Of a stretch of 64,000 nucleotides of DNA, positions 59,615 through 64,000 are shown piece by piece. A model generated the notes under the pieces. The model was not told where the DNA came from. It saw nothing but the letters and a program-made list of their open reading frames with translations, and did not search any database. Numbering within the stretch: position 1 is the stretch's first letter; every line of letters starts with the position of its first letter. The translations under genes were made by a program, and so were the position numbers. Location of the stretch: positions 62,001 to 126,000 of IMG/VR virus record IMGVR_UViG_3300005253_001115. One strand, 5' to 3'.

Positions 59615-62600
59615 GCTGCTTCCAATGTACGTGCCGTCTCGTTTTTTCGTAGGTGGTTCATAAGGTAGTCGAGATGAAGCTGTGTGCCATCCCAGGCGTC
59701 TATCTCGCCCCACTTCAGGCCAAATTCAAAGTCAATCTCCAAAGGAATGTTGAATTCTACATCCCAGATATCAACCATACGTTCCATCAGTTTGTTGGTG
59801 AACCAGGGCTTTAGCTCTCTCAGCGCTTCCGGTACATCCTCGATAGGAACTTGAATCACTAGAGAGTCGTGAACCACGTCCTGTAGCTGCCAGCATTCCT
59901 TGGTGGGATGCGGGTGCCATTTTCCTTCTTCGATCAGCCAGTCACAGAACATAGCCGCTCCCAGGAAGGCACCGTCAGACGAAATTCCCTGGATCGGTGC
60001 GTTACGGGCGATACGTTTGGCTCTCGCAATCTCTCCGTCATCGCCGTAACCAAGTTGGAATGTCAACAAGCGGCGTCTACGTCCGATGGGGCTCTCTACA
60101 TATCCGTCCTTTTCTCCCTTTTTCTCGATATCATACATCCACTGTTCAGCGCCGGGGAACTGTGCAAAGAAATCGTCAATTCGTCCCTGAACGTCAGCGA
60201 TATTCTCAATATGTAGCTGGGCAGCAATGGCCTTGACACCACGGCCGAACATGGTACCGAACACGATGGACTTCGTATCGGTACGCTGACTCTTCGTTAC
60301 CTGTGTGATAGGAACCTTGTACATCTGGCTAGCAGTAGACTTGTGGATATCACCAGCGATCCCAGCGAAAATCTTGGCCTGACACAATGCACGGAACACC
60401 ATATCTGTGTGTAGCATCTTCCAGGCGATCTTCATGACCTTAGTCGCGTGCTTCCCCCTCAGCATTTCCAAGCTGTTTGGTCCCGTCTTCTTCTTGTAAT
60501 TGAAGAGACCCTTGTCGTCTTCGTCTTCCGGGTTGAGCATATCAGAGCCCGCAGCCAGAATCTCGTAGCGCATCTTGGGCTTGCGCTTCAAGAAGTCCGC
60601 AGCAGCCACAGAGTAGTTGTCCCGGGCCTTTTTGCCGTCAAGAAACGCCTTTGCGAGGCTCGGGCACTTAGACAGGATTCCCCACCACCGAACCTCAGAG
60701 GTCATGAAGTCAAGCTGAATGAGAGCACACCCTGGCTCAGCCGCGTACATGTTCTTGATCTCTGTCTTGGCCCAGTTGTCTGCGCGGGGCACCTGCTGAA
60801 GATTGGGGTCCGTACAAGACGACCGGCCCGTATCTGTAGTAGTCACCCAGAAGCTAGGCCGCACACGGCTGTCGATCGCACCTTCCTGCCCGTTCTTCGG
60901 GTCCAGGAACTCGTAGATCGACTTAACGTAAGAGGTCTTGAGCTTCTTGAGGCCAGAATGCTCGTGCAAACGTTCTACTTCTGGTACGTGCATGTAGCGC
61001 TCTTGGAAAGCCTTATCGAGCTTACCTACGGGAGTCAGCTTGACTTCCTGACCAGAACCCGCCTCTACGATGGGGACACGAGTGCTCTTACCGTAGTCGA
61101 GAGGAGCAAGATCCAGCACATCTAGTAGGAGGCATTGCTTGTGCTCCGTCTTATCAATATCGAACATCCAGGCATCAGCGCCGCCACCAAATGTAGGCTT
61201 CATCCTGCCGCCGAGCTTTTTCCTCAGTAGTCGCGTGTTCGCTTCTTTTGCCGGGGCGCTGTCTTTCCACTCTTCGGTAAGCTCGTTCATGCGCTTCACT
61301 ATCGGACTGGTCTTTGGATTCTTGAGTTCCCGCAACTGATCCATGTCTACCCAAAATCCGTTGGAGCCCATGACGCCAATCATGCGATTGACCGGCTCGA
61401 ACCAGTGCTCGACCAGTTTGAGGAGCTTTTGCTTATAGTCCTCCTTCTCAGCTCGCTCCAGAATGAACCAGAACAGCCTCCAAGTGTAGACAGCATCGCT
61501 AGCACCATACTTGGCAAGGCGCTCGATGTCGATCTCCAGCAGCTTACCTTGCTTCTTGAGATACTCAATTTCCGAATCCTCGTACTTAACGGCGTGCAGG
61601 TAGTCTCGCAACAAGGAATCCAAGGAGTACGGCTTCTCGATGCCGGATTTACCACGATTCTCATCCTGACAGTACGCCATCATGCCGGTATCCAGCAGGG
61701 GTCGATTGAACTTACAGATACCTAGACCGAAGTTCATAATCATTCGGAAATCGAACGCCACATTGTGGAAGACCCAGTAGCGGAACTTCGGGTTCGGCTC
61801 TGTGAACAGTCGTGTCAGGGCAGCGTTCAACCGCTTCATGTCGTCCGGCCACCAGCCGTGACCTGGGTGCATGTAGGGAATTACTGTGCCTGTAATGCCG
61901 TCCTCGCAGAACTGGAAAGTTCCAAGCACATTCCCGTAGCACTTGTTGAGGTTCTTGGTTTCCGTATCGCAGGCTATGAGTTTGATCTTGGGATCGGTCA
62001 GAAGGTGCTCAACGTACTCTTCAACGTCCTCGATCTTCGTAAGGAGACGCCATTTCGAGGGCTTAGACCACTTATCTGCCTTCTTCTGAGCATCTGAGGT
62101 GCCAAGAGCCAGTTGAATGTCGATTTTCCACTGGTCAAAGAAGCTCTGACGCTTCAAAATGTAAGCGGGATCGTGGATGCTAAAGATCTTACCCAATACT
62201 GGGTGGTCATAATGCTGGCCACGCGCCTTGGCTATGTTAGGGGTCTCAGGGCACAGAGACTTTAGGACGCTCCCTAGGACAACTATCTTGGTGGGCTTCA
62301 GGGTGTCGATGTCCGCCTTTAGGTGCGTCAGACACTCCTCAATGACTTCAGGAGCCAAAGCTGCTCCGGTTCCGGCTAGCTCATCCCAGTTACGAACAAG
62401 CTCCGTGTAGGCCACTGAGACACCTCTGACGTTGAGGCGGCGCACAGTCTTTCGTAGGAGATCACCAGCCCTACCAGCAAATGGCAGGCCGCTCTCAGAC
62501 TCAGCTCGGCCAGGACCTTCGCCCACGAAGAGAACGGTCTCGTCGGGGTTAGACTTGCCCTTGCGGAACTGTGTGGGAATAAGGGAGCAATCTGCGTATG

Positions 62601-62649
62601 CAGAGCATTCCTTTCGCTCGCATGTGAAGTTCAGAATTCCTGAATCCAT
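59611..62649 (-). CDS. polA: Family A DNA polymerase with N-terminal UDG-like and 3'-5' exonuclease domains
   Basis: VGEGPG..E...G.PF.G.AG; DTET, HNVAFD, YGASDA (exo); TGRSSCTDPNLQQVP, DFMTSEVR, K.IVFG.MFG, RNAPIQG, VHDS. Confidence 0.93.
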   Translation of the reverse strand: MDSGILNFTCERKECSAYADCSLIPTQFRKGKSNPDETVLFVGEGPGRAESESGLPFAGRAGDLLRKTVRRLNVRGVSVAYTELVRNWDELAGTGAALAPEVIEECLTHLKADIDTLKPTKIVVLGSVLKSLCPETPNIAKARGQHYDHPVLGKIFSIHDPAYILKRQSFFDQWKIDIQLALGTSDAQKKADKWSKPSKWRLLTKIEDVEEYVEHLLTDPKIKLIACDTETKNLNKCYGNVLGTFQFCEDGITGTVIPYMHPGHGWWPDDMKRLNAALTRLFTEPNPKFRYWVFHNVAFDFRMIMNFGLGICKFNRPLLDTGMMAYCQDENRGKSGIEKPYSLDSLLRDYLHAVKYEDSEIEYLKKQGKLLEIDIERLAKYGASDAVYTWRLFWFILERAEKEDYKQKLLKLVEHWFEPVNRMIGVMGSNGFWVDMDQLRELKNPKTSPIVKRMNELTEEWKDSAPAKEANTRLLRKKLGGRMKPTFGGGADAWMFDIDKTEHKQCLLLDVLDLAPLDYGKSTRVPIVEAGSGQEVKLTPVGKLDKAFQERYMHVPEVERLHEHSGLKKLKTSYVKSIYEFLDPKNGQEGAIDSRVRPSFWVTTTDTGRSSCTDPNLQQVPRADNWAKTEIKNMYAAEPGCALIQLDFMTSEVRWWGILSKCPSLAKAFLDGKKARDNYSVAAADFLKRKPKMRYEILAAGSDMLNPEDEDDKGLFNYKKKTGPNSLEMLRGKHATKVMKIAWKMLHTDMVFRALCQAKIFAGIAGDIHKSTASQMYKVPITQVTKSQRTDTKSIVFGTMFGRGVKAIAAQLHIENIADVQGRIDDFFAQFPGAEQWMYDIEKKGEKDGYVESPIGRRRRLLTFQLGYGDDGEIARAKRIARNAPIQGISSDGAFLGAAMFCDWLIEEGKWHPHPTKECWQLQDVVHDSLVIQVPIEDVPEALRELKPWFTNKLMERMVDIWDVEFNIPLEIDFEFGLKWGEIDAWDGTQLHLDYLMNHLRKNETARTLEAA

Positions 62650-62656
62650 GCGACTT

Positions 62657-62666
62657 CTTTAGAGTA
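62657..62666 (-). promoter_or_regulatory. Putative promoter TACTCTAAAG, 7 nt before the polA ATG
   Basis: Member of the motif family. No SD in the spacer. Confidence 0.6.
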
Positions 62667-62670
62667 GCGG

Positions 62671-63108
62671 CTACTCCCAGAGGTACTTAACTACCACTGC
62701 GTTGACGTTTGTCATGGACTTGCGCAGTGATAGGGGCAACATCCAGTAGAAGTCTTCACGCAACTTCGGTGTGATGATGACTGTTCCTTCATCACTTTCT
62801 TCGTCGTACATCCCCGGGGAAAGCTTCTGCACTTCACCGACTTCTACGGGGCGGATGGGGGCCAGCACGAAAACACCTTGTGCCTTCGAGGGGCTCGTTT
62901 CGCGAAGGATCTCTACCAGCCAGAAAGTTCCATCCTTCGGGGACTCGTCGGTAGGCTCCCACTTAGAGTCGATGACGCCGAGCTTACCCAAGGTGCGGGT
63001 AATCAAATGGTTGTGGATCTTAGGCTTGCCGCCGATCGTACCACCACCCTGAGGCTGGCCGTTGTTGAAGAACTTCACTACTGTTCGGATTCCGGTTACG
63101 GTTTTCAT
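62671..63108 (-). CDS. Hypothetical protein
   Basis: Likely start MKTVTG (63108), because the longer frame overlaps the upstream gene. Confidence 0.6.
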   Translation of the reverse strand: MKTVTGIRTVVKFFNNGQPQGGGTIGGKPKIHNHLITRTLGKLGVIDSKWEPTDESPKDGTFWLVEILRETSPSKAQGVFVLAPIRPVEVGEVQKLSPGMYDEESDEGTVIITPKLREDFYWMLPLSLRKSMTNVNAVVVKYLWE

Positions 63109-63121
63109 AAATCTGTTTCTC

Positions 63122-64000
63122 TTATACAGGCAGGAAGTTAGAGGACGCACCCACAATTGAGATCTGCGCCTGCTTCCCGGGGTTAAGCTGTGTGGACACT
63201 TGTACGTAATACGGCCTGTTCTGGGCGAACTTCGTGGTGTCCACATTGAGGATTTGTACTTCTCGGAACTCAAACTGAGATGCCGTGTTGGTGATGCTAC
63301 CGTTGGATATAGCAGGGTATTCCGTACCCTCTTCGTCTACCAGAGATACCGTTACGTTACCGCCTAGTGGTACGTTTGCTTCGATGATGATCCGGTTAGG
63401 CGGCTGTAGCCTAGATACAAACGGGAACAGATGCTTGATCGTGTTAATGGAAGCGGACTGGTTATCCAGATCCATGTGAGCAGCTCCTACCTGACCGGAT
63501 TCGAAGGCCGCGACATTAAATACGTCTGTGGCGACTACAGCCCCCACTACGGGAGACTCAGAGCGGACGTAGATGCGAGGAACGAATGGAGGCACGATCG
63601 TATCGGCAGGGAACTCGGACGGGTTAGTAATTTGGAGCTTGGGAGCTTCGATGAACATATCCGGCTGTAGGGCGGTACCTGCACCGGTCCACCTAATCCA
63701 CCCAACAACAACCGTGTTAGGGATGGTGTCGAATCCAATCAAGCCCTCTCGGATTAGAAGGAGGGCGGGTACGCCACCCTGGACCTGCTGATTATTGTGC
63801 TCGTAGACTACAGTGTAGTCCGTGGGGTCCACGGGAAGCGTATCGCCCACGACTAGGTTGATCGTAGCATCTTCAATCAGTAGAAGCTCGTTGAGCATAA
63901 CCTTGTGGGGAGCGATATTCACGCTCTTGCCACCCAGGCCAACAGACATTTCTGCGCCTTCGAGTACCGCCGGTACGACGATAGATGTGGAAATCTCATT
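63122..64000 (-). CDS. 3' part of a beta-rich protein starting outside the window
   Basis: The frame is open to base 64000 (NEISTSIVVPAVLEGAEMSVG...). Confidence 0.65.
   Translation of the reverse strand, partial: NEISTSIVVPAVLEGAEMSVGLGGKSVNIAPHKVMLNELLLIEDATINLVVGDTLPVDPTDYTVVYEHNNQQVQGGVPALLLIREGLIGFDTIPNTVVVGWIRWTGAGTALQPDMFIEAPKLQITNPSEFPADTIVPPFVPRIYVRSESPVVGAVVATDVFNVAAFESGQVGAAHMDLDNQSASINTIKHLFPFVSRLQPPNRIIIEANVPLGGNVTVSLVDEEGTEYPAISNGSITNTASQFEFREVQILNVDTTKFAQNRPYYVQVSTQLNPGKQAQISIVGASSNFLPV

Noticed and set aside
58066-62649. Intein in polA or in the LAGLIDADG-NDT fusion
   Set aside because: No N-terminal Cys/Ser block or His-Asn-(C/S/T) junction. The polA insertion is short and lacks endonuclease motifs.

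Overview
A 64-kb segment of a large, probably uncultured myovirus-type (contractile-tailed) phage, read with the standard genetic code. Bases 1 to about 47,970 form a + strand virion block. It holds a probable major-capsid C-terminus and terminator, ten Thr-rich collagen-like fibre genes, LamG and YWTD-propeller adhesin-type genes, a tail-collar fibre, a methyltransferase/GT2/TPR/GT9 fusion enzyme, a 2H phosphoesterase (Acb1-like), tail sheath, tail tube, a tail-assembly chaperone with a -1 frameshift, a tape measure and ClpP. Bases from about 47,930 to 64,000 form a convergent - strand block with a T5 A1-like phosphoesterase, Pif1 helicase, vWA protein, two GT9/methyltransferase hybrids, ThyX, a LAGLIDADG-NDT fusion and a UDG-PolA DNA polymerase. 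Two observations stand out. (1) An ORF-less group I intron splits the tail-tube gene, and the only stop codon of the upstream free-standing GIY-YIG endonuclease lies inside that intron, so splicing would create an endonuclease-tail-tube fusion. (2) The combination of G-X-Thr collagens and three glycosyl/methyltransferase hybrids suggests a phage-encoded collagen glycosylation system. A recurrent TANNCTAAAG-N7-start motif, several decayed endonuclease and LamG remnants, and a candidate structured RNA were also found. Product calls rest on motifs read by eye; no database searches were run.
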